50,722 bases of DNA from an uncultured Bacillales bacterium. GTDB taxonomy: Bacteria > Bacillota_I > Bacilli_A > RF39 > UBA660. Position 1 is the first letter of the stretch. Every line of letters begins with the position of its first letter. The position numbers and the translations under genes are program-made. The stretch spans positions 1 through 50,722 of the forward strand of contig CAMOID010000004.1 in NCBI GenBank assembly GCA_946615975.1, read 5' to 3'. Below, piece after piece: positions 20,801 through 28,743 of this stretch. The notes under the pieces were generated by a model. The model was not told the origin of the DNA. It ran no database searches and saw only the letters and a list, made by a program, of their open reading frames with translations.

Positions 20801-21042
20801 GGTTAATGAAGACATCTGGATATGCAATAACTCAAAATGCATATGTAATGGATAACTTAGCAACATACTCTGATACTAATAAGAAGTATATCTATTATTT
20901 AAGTAGATCATCTCCTTACTTCAGAGATACTGCTACAACTCAAACATATGCTGTATATCCAACAATTTATATACCAGCTGATGCTCAAATTACTGGTGGA
21001 TCTGGTACTACAGCAAAACCATTTATTATTAATATAAACTAG
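17854..21042 (+). CDS. large surface protein: PASTA, TM, DxDGDG motifs, Ig-like and InlB B-repeat-like domains, C-terminal DUF6273-like domain
   Basis: IPDVKGKS...GKVVKTEPPIGSQV...ITIYVS; TM ~aa69-86; DTNGDG and DTDGDG; LPKVIKDGYKGSW and VPTPVWDGHIFIGWY repeats; YVGNNPDNYV...FRIIG...VGLISISD...GSGTTAKPFII. Confidence 0.7.
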   Translation: MIQIPDVKGKSLRETKNKFDDWGLRYDQVKEINSFNTEKGKVVKTEPPIGSQVSYGDLITIYVSKRKTYPIFIVLFAVLLIGLLLGKGTISKIIENSKKKPTEANVCLLNCDTNGDGVPDTNLDTDGDGKCDSNCEGDVEQNGSGESVDGKKNDNPQGEKKSNEPAPVVRVETGKQGGDTVVKVVETKGNATTIKYSNGSKNVEYFTSGNGQTIAIGEYVIIGNSGTITFYAGNGSGGGSTTEVDVNPTEDDVTPPSYEVTVPTKYSKDPYATLTYDPKDAVKVKVLRGDQSLEDVKADGKDISTKKSYSLCGSEKNEENCTGSWTFGFWDKAGNGITETVTFDKYDSTKPSFTIDGDFITAKKTVSAIIKATDDNDSGDPDYFTIYYTSGKKTPTQIDKMSECKTSTIDNCKMRLVNNEHLGIKENDTYTFIVYDEALNYETSFTKTGGTEKNDYLTVENVVSELTPPIFNLNEYGWSTDKVVSIAYPDGGLGDYEYSLDGGNTWETYMDPIRFEDDGSVHEIIARVQGLTETLTSSSIVVTKIDNEEPEFEMGIGTKVPLGVSTSIPTYVKSMKSGSTVKCYYGKHGQAVNNEFTNLNQITELGYYDFKCTMVSGSGKTAPEQNATNVKVFTGVKLTFNVTEGGIFDDETCEDTSNECNEAKTKLIRNIEKGDSIGTLPKVIKDGYKGSWFTDATAGDQVSANQKPEENAEYYTHWGPGDYIIVLDACGEYGEGCGAKVEGLEKVTKNIPSNSSMMYATNVPTPVWDGHIFIGWYSSNGQHVTSETKPTKSDTLKAHWMGSTGNAVELIQGLYDSGSYDNVLKKLDGTNIRYVGNNPDNYVSLNNGNSGPNFRIIGVMNVSTPNGNKKLVKLVGTKNGSSMVSGTYQIDSEQKQFTSSELKDILQTQPFADYAETVTFKVGSASLNNTFGEVFASESSSSDSYAGKVGLISISDIGYSSADSDVNTTKVTANNSINIYNSWLMKTSGYAITQNAYVMDNLATYSDTNKKYIYYLSRSSPYFRDTATTQTYAVYPTIYIPADAQITGGSGTTAKPFIININ

Positions 21043-21067
21043 GAAATCTTCATTGATTTCCTTTTTT
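21042..21067 (+). terminator. intrinsic terminator
   Basis: GGAAATC/GATTTCC hairpin plus T6. Confidence 0.75.
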
Positions 21068-21100
21068 ATTTTGTTATATAATAAATATGGTGATACAACG

Positions 21101-21583
21101 ATGGATAGACATATAAAAAAAGATATTTCATGGTGGGCAAATGATCCATTTATGAAATGTCATGTAGGTGAAAATGCATATTTATTTGTGGATAAAGTTT
21201 TTAAAGAAGAATGTTCAAATGATTTCTTGAAATTAATGCAATATGGATATTCTCATCATAGATATATAGATTTATTATCTGGTGGATATGAATATGTAAA
21301 TATGGATGATGCAGAAGATTTTGAAAATACTCATAATGTAATTAATCTTAATAGAGAAATATTACCTACAGATATTAGAAAAATAGAAATGCAATTTGAA
21401 GAAATATGTTTTTATTGGATGCAACCTGCTAAAGTAGCAGTTGATTACATTAAAGAACATTATGAAGAAGAAAATAAACCATTAGGATTGAGAACTGATA
21501 TTTCAGATCCTACTGATAAAGTGGTTGATATAAAGGAATATAAATTAGTAAGAGGTGAACAAAATGTTAGGAGAATGGATTAG
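21101..21583 (+). CDS. hypothetical protein
   Basis: ATG 21101 behind GGTGA and TATAAT; the track's upstream extension runs through the terminator. Confidence 0.7.
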   Translation: MDRHIKKDISWWANDPFMKCHVGENAYLFVDKVFKEECSNDFLKLMQYGYSHHRYIDLLSGGYEYVNMDDAEDFENTHNVINLNREILPTDIRKIEMQFEEICFYWMQPAKVAVDYIKEHYEEENKPLGLRTDISDPTDKVVDIKEYKLVRGEQNVRRMD

Positions 21584-22244
21584 TTTTAATAAAGGTAGTC
21601 AACCTGTAGAAGTATTTCAAAAGATAAGAAATAATAATGTTTGGCAATTAACTGTTAAAGATTTATATGATATTTTAGTATCTCATGATATATATATTTA
21701 TTTTGTTAATGATGAACCAAAATTAATGATATATGTATATGATGGTAAAAGAGTAAATGGAGTATTTGGATATGGAGAAAATAACTCTATTGAAGAAGAA
21801 TATTTAGATGAATTAAAGAAAGAATTATCTAAATTTAAATGCCAACATAATGAAATAGGAAAAGTAAATAATTTAAAGAAACTATATGAAATAAGAAATA
21901 AAGAAGAATTAGATAAAGAAGATCTAGAATTCTTATATCAAATTAAAGTTCCTGTTAAAGGATTTAATAATGAAGTAGAAGATATGTTAGATGAAATATT
22001 ATCTAATAGAGATAGAAATGAAGATATTGCTTCTATATTAAATGTAGATGCTGATAAAATTACAGATGATATAGATGAATTAGATGATACTACTGAATGT
22101 TTCATTGGTAATCTAACAGTTGATGAAGATAATGTAGAATTAGTATCTAATTTAAAATATGTAATTGGATATATTTACATTGATAAAAAAGATAGAAGAA
22201 AAGATATACATGCTACTGCATACGATATTATAGTAAGTAATTAA
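21564..22244 (+). CDS. hypothetical protein
   Basis: ATG 21564 behind GAGGTGA, overlaps upstream gene; see findings for possible family. Confidence 0.7.
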   Translation: MLGEWISFNKGSQPVEVFQKIRNNNVWQLTVKDLYDILVSHDIYIYFVNDEPKLMIYVYDGKRVNGVFGYGENNSIEEEYLDELKKELSKFKCQHNEIGKVNNLKKLYEIRNKEELDKEDLEFLYQIKVPVKGFNNEVEDMLDEILSNRDRNEDIASILNVDADKITDDIDELDDTTECFIGNLTVDEDNVELVSNLKYVIGYIYIDKKDRRKDIHATAYDIIVSN

Positions 22245-22252
22245 TATTTTTC

Positions 22253-22281
22253 TTGATTAAATATTTAATTTTTGTTATAAT
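22253..22281 (+). promoter_or_regulatory. sigmaA promoter
   Basis: TTGATT (22253-22258), 17 nt, TGtTATAAT (22273-22281). Confidence 0.8.
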
Positions 22282-22310
22282 TAAACAGCAATGCAAAGGA
22301 GTGAATAACT

Positions 22311-22457
22311 GTGAGAACTTATAAAAAGAATTTACCAGACGGAGTTAAGAAACAATTTGCTTATGACCGTGGTGTTAAAGTTAAATTAATCAACAAGAAA
22401 ATGTTTGATGCTAAAAAGAAAAAAGAAGCAGCTAAAAAAGCAGCTAAAGAAGCTTAA
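22311..22457 (+). CDS. 48-aa highly basic protein (absent from ORF track)
   Basis: MRTYKKNLPDGVKKQFAYDRGVKVKLINKKMFDAKKKKEAAKKAAKEA; GTG start, AAGGAGTGA RBS, own promoter and terminator. Confidence 0.8.
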   Translation: MRTYKKNLPDGVKKQFAYDRGVKVKLINKKMFDAKKKKEAAKKAAKEA

Positions 22458-22474
22458 TTATAAGCTTCTTTTTT
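22446..22474 (+). terminator. intrinsic terminator
   Basis: AAAGAAGCTTA/TAAGCTTCTTT stem overlapping the stop, T-run; TGTTATAAT at 22481-22489. Confidence 0.8.
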
Positions 22475-22540
22475 ATTTTATGTTATAATTATATATGTAT
22501 ATATAAAATAGTCCTTAAAATGGATATATGAGGTGTTTAA

Positions 22541-23740
22541 ATGGAAGATAGAATAAGAGAATATGCTAAATTATTATTAGAATGTATTAAATTAAATGAA
22601 AAGAAGTATTTATTTATATCTGGACCTAGTATATGTAATGATTTTATGGATTTATTAAATGAAATGTCTGATGATTATAATATTAAAGAAGTATATATAG
22701 ATTCTATAGATATGGATAAGAAACATGATGTATTAAAGAACTTTGATATAGAAGATATATATAAGCATCCTATGTTTAATGATGAAATATATAATAAATA
22801 TGCTAAATTAGATGCAGCATTTATATTTTTAGAAAGTCCTATTCCTAATTTAATGAATGATGTAGATCCTAATAAGATTAAACTACAAAGATTACATACT
22901 AGAAGAACTAGACAATATTTCCAAGATTTGTATGAAAGAATGGAAGTTAATTGGGTAATAGCTGGATGTCCAAATGAAGCATGGGCTAAACAAGTAGGAT
23001 TATCTCTTGATGATATGTGGAACTTAATTCTAGATATATGTATGGTAGATGATAATTATGCATATGAAAATTGGTTAAAATTCTTAGATGTATTAGATGA
23101 TAGAACTAAGATATTAAATGCATATGAATTTAAAAAATTAAAATATACTAATTCATTAGGTACTGATTTAACTATTGAATTAAATGATAAAAATATTTGG
23201 AGTAGTGGTACTTCTAAATATGGTGTAATAGTTAATATGCCTACATATGAAATATTTACATCACCTAATTGGAAGAAAACAGAAGGAATAGTATATTCAA
23301 GTAAACCATTACTATATAATAATATATTAATAGATAATTTTTATTTAAGATTTCATGAGGGTAGAGTAATTGAATATCATGCTGATTCTGAACTTGAAAT
23401 GAGTACTTTAAAAAGTATTATTGAAACTGATGAACAATCATATTATTTAGGTGAATGTGCATTAGTGCCATATGATTCAAAAATAAGCTTAAGTAATACA
23501 TTATTTTATGAGACATTATATGATGAGAATGCATCATGTCATTTAGCCTTAGGATGCGGTTTTTCTGAGTGTTTAGAAGGTGGAGATGATATGTCTGATC
23601 AAGAACTATCTGATAATGGTGTTAATGTATCTAAACAACATGTAGATTTTATGATTGGTACTAAAGATTTATCGATAATCGGTATTACAAAAGATGGTAA
23701 AGAAATAGAAATATTTAAAGATGGTAATTTTAATATCTAA
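22541..23740 (+). CDS. M29-family aminopeptidase (PepS/AmpS-like)
   Basis: NMPTYEIF, LGECALV, TLYDENASCHLALG, HVDFMIG. Confidence 0.9.
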   Translation: MEDRIREYAKLLLECIKLNEKKYLFISGPSICNDFMDLLNEMSDDYNIKEVYIDSIDMDKKHDVLKNFDIEDIYKHPMFNDEIYNKYAKLDAAFIFLESPIPNLMNDVDPNKIKLQRLHTRRTRQYFQDLYERMEVNWVIAGCPNEAWAKQVGLSLDDMWNLILDICMVDDNYAYENWLKFLDVLDDRTKILNAYEFKKLKYTNSLGTDLTIELNDKNIWSSGTSKYGVIVNMPTYEIFTSPNWKKTEGIVYSSKPLLYNNILIDNFYLRFHEGRVIEYHADSELEMSTLKSIIETDEQSYYLGECALVPYDSKISLSNTLFYETLYDENASCHLALGCGFSECLEGGDDMSDQELSDNGVNVSKQHVDFMIGTKDLSIIGITKDGKEIEIFKDGNFNI

Positions 23741-23775
23741 TATACGAAAATACGCATAAAATTGCGTGTTTTTTA

Positions 23776-23804
23776 TTGATATTTTCTTTAATATTTGTTA
23801 TATT
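23776..23804 (+). promoter_or_regulatory. rpsB-tsf promoter
   Basis: TTGATA (23776-23781), 17 nt, TGtTATATT; preceded by terminator ACGCA/TGCGT plus T-run. Confidence 0.7.
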
Positions 23805-23810
23805 ATTAAC

Positions 23811-23915
23811 GGTCTTCGAATGAGGACTAATAAGCACATATATCTAGAGGGCATGCCATGTGGCCATATAAGATGTGTTGGTGATGTCTTGGATATGTGG
23901 ATGAATAACAAAAGG
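23811..23915 (+). ncRNA. structured rpsB 5' leader (t44/S2-leader-like)
   Basis: GC-enriched leader; CACAT...GGCAT-GCCA pairs with TGGT-ATGTC...ATGTG; position matches known S2 autoregulatory leaders. Confidence 0.6.
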
Positions 23916-23926
23916 AGAGTGAAATT

Positions 23927-24862
23927 ATGGCTGTTGTTTCTATGAGTAATTTATTAGAAGCAGGTGTTCAATTTGGACATCAAACTAAGAGATGGAATCC
24001 TAAAATGAAGGAATACATCTTTACTTCAAGAGATGATATTTATATTATCGACCTTGAAAAAACTGCTGCATGCTTAGAAAAAGCATACGAAGAAGTTAAA
24101 AAGATTGCTGAAAACGGAGGTTCTTTCTTATTCGTTGGAACTAAAAAACAAGCAATTGAAGCTTCACAAGAAGAAGCTGCAAGATCTGAATCTTTCTATG
24201 TAACTTCTAGATGGTTAGGTGGTACTTTAACTAACTACAGAACTATCAGAACTAGAATTAGAAGATTAGATGAAATTGAAAAAATGGAATCTAACGGAAT
24301 GTTCGATGTACTTCCAAAGAAAGAAGTTATCGGATTAAAGAAAGAATACGAAAAATTAAATAAAGTATTATGTGGTATTCGTAAAATGGATAAACTTCCT
24401 AACGCTTTAATCGTTGTTGATCCTAATAAAGAAATCAATGCAATTAGAGAAGCTAGAAAGTTAAGAATCCCAGTATTCGGATTAGTTGATACTAACTGTG
24501 ATCCTGATTTAGTTGATTATGTTATTCCAGGTAACGATGATGCTGTTAGATCAGTAAAAGTTATCTTAGGTGTATTAACAAACGCTATTTGCGAAGCTAA
24601 AGGATTAGAAATGGTTGATTATTCTACTGAAGTAGAAAAACCAGAAAGACAAGAAAAAGAAGTTAAAGTTGCTAAAGAAGTAACTAAAGAAGAAGCTCCT
24701 AAAAAAGAAGCTAAAGTAGTAGAAGCTAAAGAAGAAAAGAAAGCTGACAAAGAAGATTTATCTTCAAAGACTGTTGCTGAATTAAGAACTATGGCTAAAG
24801 AAGCTGGTGTTAAAGGTTTCTCTACAATGAAAAAAGATGAATTATTAGCATCTTTAAACTAA
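23927..24862 (+). CDS. rpsB: 30S ribosomal protein uS2 with C-terminal Rho-N-like domain
   Basis: [38 protein letters not shown]; tail [31 protein letters not shown]. Confidence 0.97.
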   Translation: MAVVSMSNLLEAGVQFGHQTKRWNPKMKEYIFTSRDDIYIIDLEKTAACLEKAYEEVKKIAENGGSFLFVGTKKQAIEASQEEAARSESFYVTSRWLGGTLTNYRTIRTRIRRLDEIEKMESNGMFDVLPKKEVIGLKKEYEKLNKVLCGIRKMDKLPNALIVVDPNKEINAIREARKLRIPVFGLVDTNCDPDLVDYVIPGNDDAVRSVKVILGVLTNAICEAKGLEMVDYSTEVEKPERQEKEVKVAKEVTKEEAPKKEAKVVEAKEEKKADKEDLSSKTVAELRTMAKEAGVKGFSTMKKDELLASLN

Positions 24863-24888
24863 TATAAGAATAGATAGGAGATTTTAAT

Positions 24889-25767
24889 ATGATTACTGCA
24901 AAAGACGTAAATGAATTAAGAACACAAACTGGTGCAGGTATGATGGACTGCAAAAAAGCATTAACTGAATGCAATGGAGACATTGAAGCTGCTGTTAACT
25001 GGTTAAGAGAAAAAGGTATTGCTAAAGCTGCTAAAAAAGCTGACAGAATTGCTGCTGAAGGTTTAGCAAACGTTATTATCGATGGAAATAAAGCTGCTAT
25101 TATCGAAGTAAACTGTGAAACAGACTTCGTTACTAAAAATGCTGAATTCGTTGATTTAGTTGAAACTATCGCTAAAACTGCTTTAGCTAATGATGCTAAA
25201 TCATTAGATGAAATTAACGCTTTAGCTGTAGAAGGAACTGAAGGAACTGTAGCTGACTTAGTTGTTGCTAAAACTGCTAAGATTGGTGAAAAGTTATCTT
25301 TAAGAAGATGTGAAGTTGTTACTAAAACTGATTCTGAAAACTTTGGTTCATATATCCACATGGGTGGAAAGATTGCTGTATTAATTGTTACTGAAGGAGC
25401 TAATGAAGAATGTGCTAAAGATGTAGCAATGCAAGCTGCTGCTATGAAACCTGCTTATTTAAAAGCTGATGAAGTACCTGCAGAAGTAATTGAAAAAGAA
25501 AAAGAAGTATTAAAAGCTCAAGCTATTGAAGAAGGAAAACCTGCTGATATAGCTGAAAAGATGGTTGCTGGTAGAATTTCTAAATACTATAAAGAAAACT
25601 GCTTAGTTGACCAAGAATTCGTTAAAGACTCTTCAATGGATGTTAAGACTTTCGTTAAAAATAATGGTGGAGAAGTTAAAGCTATGTACCGTTATGAAGT
25701 AGGCGAAGGTATGGAAAAGAGATCTGAAAACTTCGCTGAAGAAGTTGCTAAACAATTAGGTAACTAA
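24889..25767 (+). CDS. tsf: elongation factor Ts
   Basis: ELRTQTGAGMMDCKKAL, EVNCETDFV; follows rpsB. Confidence 0.97.
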   Translation: MITAKDVNELRTQTGAGMMDCKKALTECNGDIEAAVNWLREKGIAKAAKKADRIAAEGLANVIIDGNKAAIIEVNCETDFVTKNAEFVDLVETIAKTALANDAKSLDEINALAVEGTEGTVADLVVAKTAKIGEKLSLRRCEVVTKTDSENFGSYIHMGGKIAVLIVTEGANEECAKDVAMQAAAMKPAYLKADEVPAEVIEKEKEVLKAQAIEEGKPADIAEKMVAGRISKYYKENCLVDQEFVKDSSMDVKTFVKNNGGEVKAMYRYEVGEGMEKRSENFAEEVAKQLGN

Positions 25768-25777
25768 TAGATATAAA

Positions 25778-25838
25778 GCTAGGATTTATTCCTAGTTTTT
25801 TTATTGCAATAAAAAAGATGAAGAATTATTCTTCATCT
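25778..25838. terminator. two terminators between convergent genes
   Basis: CTAGGA/TCCTAG plus T-run for tsf; AGATGAAGAA/TTCTTCATCT (25816-25838) with the ATPase stop codon as loop for the minus strand. Confidence 0.75.
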
Positions 25839-28645
25839 AATATTTTGTCTATTTCTTCATCAGTTAATGTTTCTTCAGATATATTATCTAATATAGATAA
25901 ATCTATATCATCTACATCATAATCTGAAGTAGATGTTTCAATTTCATCATATAATTCATCGAATGTTTTATCTATATATTTATCTTGTTCTTCATCTGTT
26001 CTTTCTTCAGGTTCAACATTAATATCATTTGTAACATTAACATCTGTTTTAATATCATTTGCATCAACATTAATGATATCATCTAAATCTTCAATAATAT
26101 TATCATATATTTGATCTTGATTAATATTTATATCTTCTGGATTAACTAATACTGTATCATCAATTTCATAGATATCATCATCTATAACTTTAATATCATT
26201 TGCTAAATTTACATAATCTTTTGTAACTGTTACATCATCTTTAAATGCATCATTTTTAGCATCTATTTTAAGTTTTAGATTTTCTAATTTTTTTCTATTC
26301 TTAGAATGAGTATCTATTGTCTTGATTTGTTTAGTAGAGATAACTATTTGATCTGATTTATCATTTATAATATCTTTTATTTTATCTCTTTCAGTTTTTT
26401 TCTTTTTTAATGATATATAAGTAGGTTCATTAGTTTCGTTTAAGAATTCTTTTAATGAATCTTTAGCTTTATCATATTCAGATTTCTTTTTCTTTTTCTT
26501 ATTTACTTTTTCATCAATACTATTTAATTCAAAAGCTTTAATTATTTCAGGTTTTAAATCTTTTTCAGTTTTTTCTTCTTTTATTTCTGTTTTTCTTTCT
26601 TCTACAACAGGTTGTTTTGTTTCAGTTACTGGAGTAGGAGTAACAGTTGGTGTAAGATTAACTGTTTTAATTTTTTGAGTTATATCATTTAATTCATCTG
26701 AAATAATATCTTTTTGTCTATTTAATTTTTCTTCTAATTCAGTATCTATTGCTTCTTTAGTAATATCTAATTCAGATTTAATTAATTTCTTAATATCTTC
26801 TTCATTGATTTCAGGAGCTTTAGTTACTACTTCTTTAGGAATAGATGATTCCATTTCTTGTTTAACTATCTTTTTAATTTCTTCTATATCTATTTCTTGA
26901 GAAGGAGTATTAGAAGTTATATTTCTATTTTTTAATTCTTCTTCAATTAATTTCTTTACTTCATCAGGAGAAAATTCATTGTTGATGATTATTCTTTCTG
27001 GTTTAATTTCTTGTGATGGAGTAGTGGATGTTTTAACTTCTTCTACATCATGTACTTGAACAGGTTCAGATTTAACTGCAATGCTTTCATCTTTAACTGA
27101 TTCTAAGTCTTCTTCTAAATCAATTGATCTAATTACTTCTTCAAATGATGTTTTACCTGCTAATACTTTTTCTAATCCATCTTGAAGCATTGTTTTAGCT
27201 CCATTTTCTGAGTAAACAGCTTTTCTTAGTTCTTCTTTAGAAGCACCACTTGAAATAGCTTCTCTTATTTCAGGATTAATTAATAATACTTCTTGTATAG
27301 CAATTCTTCCTTTATATCCGTGATTACATTCTTTACAACCTACAGGTTCTAATATTTCATTTACATCAATTCCTAATGCTGATTTGAATGTTTCTTTTTC
27401 AAATTCAGTTGTAGGTCTTTTCTTAGCACAGTGAGGACAAAGTCTTCTTGTAAGTTTTTGAGATACAATACCAGATAGAGAAGTACCTAATAAATATCTT
27501 TCTACATTCATATCTAAGAATCTTTCAATTGTAGATAAAGAGTTGTTAGTATGGATTGTAGATAATACTAAATGACCTGTTATAGAAGCTCTTACAGCGA
27601 TTTTAGCAGTGTCATCGTCTCTTATTTCACCAATCATGATTACGTCTGGATCTTGTCTTAAAATAGATCTTAAAACAGTAGAGAAGGTTAAACCAATGTC
27701 AGCTTGTGCTTGAACTTGATTTATACCTGGAATATTCATTTCAATAGGATCTTCTACTGTTACTAAGTTTCTACCTTCAACATTTAACTTTTGTAACATT
27801 GAATATACTGTAGTTGATTTACCTGTACCAGTGGCACCTGTAACTAATACAATACCATTTGGTAATGATAACATTTTATTTACTTTAGCTAAATTATCTT
27901 GTGAGAAATCTAGTGATTCAATACCTTTTGCAGACATTGAATAATCCATGATTCTTATAACTATCTTTTCACCCATGTTAGTAGGTAAGCAAGATACACG
28001 AAGATCTATAGTTTTATTATCTAATTCAGTACGTATAGCACCATCTTGTGGTGTTCTTGATTCAGTAATATTCATACCAGCAATAATTTTAATTCTAGTA
28101 ATCATATTTCTCTTAACGAATAGAGGAACTATAGTATAATCATATAATTCACCATCTATACGTATTCTTACTTTAATACCATCATCATTTGGATCAAAGT
28201 GAATATCTGATGCTCCACGATTAATAGCGTCTAATATAATAGAATTAACTATATCTGAAATAGCAACATTGTTATAATCGAATGTAACCATTCCTTCATA
28301 GTTTCCTTCTTGTACAATATTTTCAGTTTGAGGTAAAGCTACACCAGCAGCTACGTCTAATTGATTAGCGACAGCTGTTTGGTCAATAGTGTTTTCTTGT
28401 ACACTTGTTGGTACTAATGATTCATCTATTTGTTTTCCATTTTCATCAACATATTGAGTATTACCAATATAATTACCATTAGCATCAATTAGAGAAGGGT
28501 CTATTGGATTACCATTCTCATCAACATATTCAATTGTTTGATTGCCAATATAATTACCGTTTTCGTCAATTAGAGATGGATCTATTGGGTTACCAAATTC
28601 ATCAACATATTGTAGTTCTACATTTTCTTGATTATCCATGTACAA
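25826..28645 (-). CDS. PilB/GspE-family secretion ATPase with N-terminal repeats and long C-terminal tail
   Basis: ASDIHFDP, GATGTGKST, VEDPIE, LRQDPDVIMIGEIRD, GHLVLSTIHTN, CPHC and CKEC; ATG 28639 may be the real start. Confidence 0.9.
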   Translation of the reverse strand: MYMDNQENVELQYVDEFGNPIDPSLIDENGNYIGNQTIEYVDENGNPIDPSLIDANGNYIGNTQYVDENGKQIDESLVPTSVQENTIDQTAVANQLDVAAGVALPQTENIVQEGNYEGMVTFDYNNVAISDIVNSIILDAINRGASDIHFDPNDDGIKVRIRIDGELYDYTIVPLFVKRNMITRIKIIAGMNITESRTPQDGAIRTELDNKTIDLRVSCLPTNMGEKIVIRIMDYSMSAKGIESLDFSQDNLAKVNKMLSLPNGIVLVTGATGTGKSTTVYSMLQKLNVEGRNLVTVEDPIEMNIPGINQVQAQADIGLTFSTVLRSILRQDPDVIMIGEIRDDDTAKIAVRASITGHLVLSTIHTNNSLSTIERFLDMNVERYLLGTSLSGIVSQKLTRRLCPHCAKKRPTTEFEKETFKSALGIDVNEILEPVGCKECNHGYKGRIAIQEVLLINPEIREAISSGASKEELRKAVYSENGAKTMLQDGLEKVLAGKTSFEEVIRSIDLEEDLESVKDESIAVKSEPVQVHDVEEVKTSTTPSQEIKPERIIINNEFSPDEVKKLIEEELKNRNITSNTPSQEIDIEEIKKIVKQEMESSIPKEVVTKAPEINEEDIKKLIKSELDITKEAIDTELEEKLNRQKDIISDELNDITQKIKTVNLTPTVTPTPVTETKQPVVEERKTEIKEEKTEKDLKPEIIKAFELNSIDEKVNKKKKKKSEYDKAKDSLKEFLNETNEPTYISLKKKKTERDKIKDIINDKSDQIVISTKQIKTIDTHSKNRKKLENLKLKIDAKNDAFKDDVTVTKDYVNLANDIKVIDDDIYEIDDTVLVNPEDININQDQIYDNIIEDLDDIINVDANDIKTDVNVTNDINVEPEERTDEEQDKYIDKTFDELYDEIETSTSDYDVDDIDLSILDNISEETLTDEEIDKILDEE
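28410..28609 (-). repeat. 2.5 imperfect coding repeats YVDENGNPIDPSLIDxNGNYIGN
   Basis: Visible in protein and DNA at the ATPase N-terminus. Confidence 0.85.
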
Positions 28646-28715
28646 TCAACCCTATCTATTTTATTCCAATATAATTATATAAAATATACAATTTAAAGTC
28701 AATGAATAGCAAAGA

Positions 28716-28743
28716 AAAAAGACTAGTTAAATTCTAGTCTTTT
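28716..28743. terminator. intrinsic terminator after PBP1A gene
   Basis: AAAAGACTAG/CTAGTCTTTT hairpin with flanking A and T runs. Confidence 0.75.

Noticed and set aside
23811-23915. GC-enriched structured region as tRNA or riboswitch
   Set aside because: No cloverleaf or known aptamer motif; position fits the rpsB leader
24822-25361. 179-aa minus-strand ORF
   Set aside because: Antisense to rpsB and tsf; no RBS or recognisable motif
28410-28609. Spaced DNA repeats that could suggest a CRISPR array
   Set aside because: Imperfect, in-frame coding repeats with synonymous changes; no unique spacers and no cas genes
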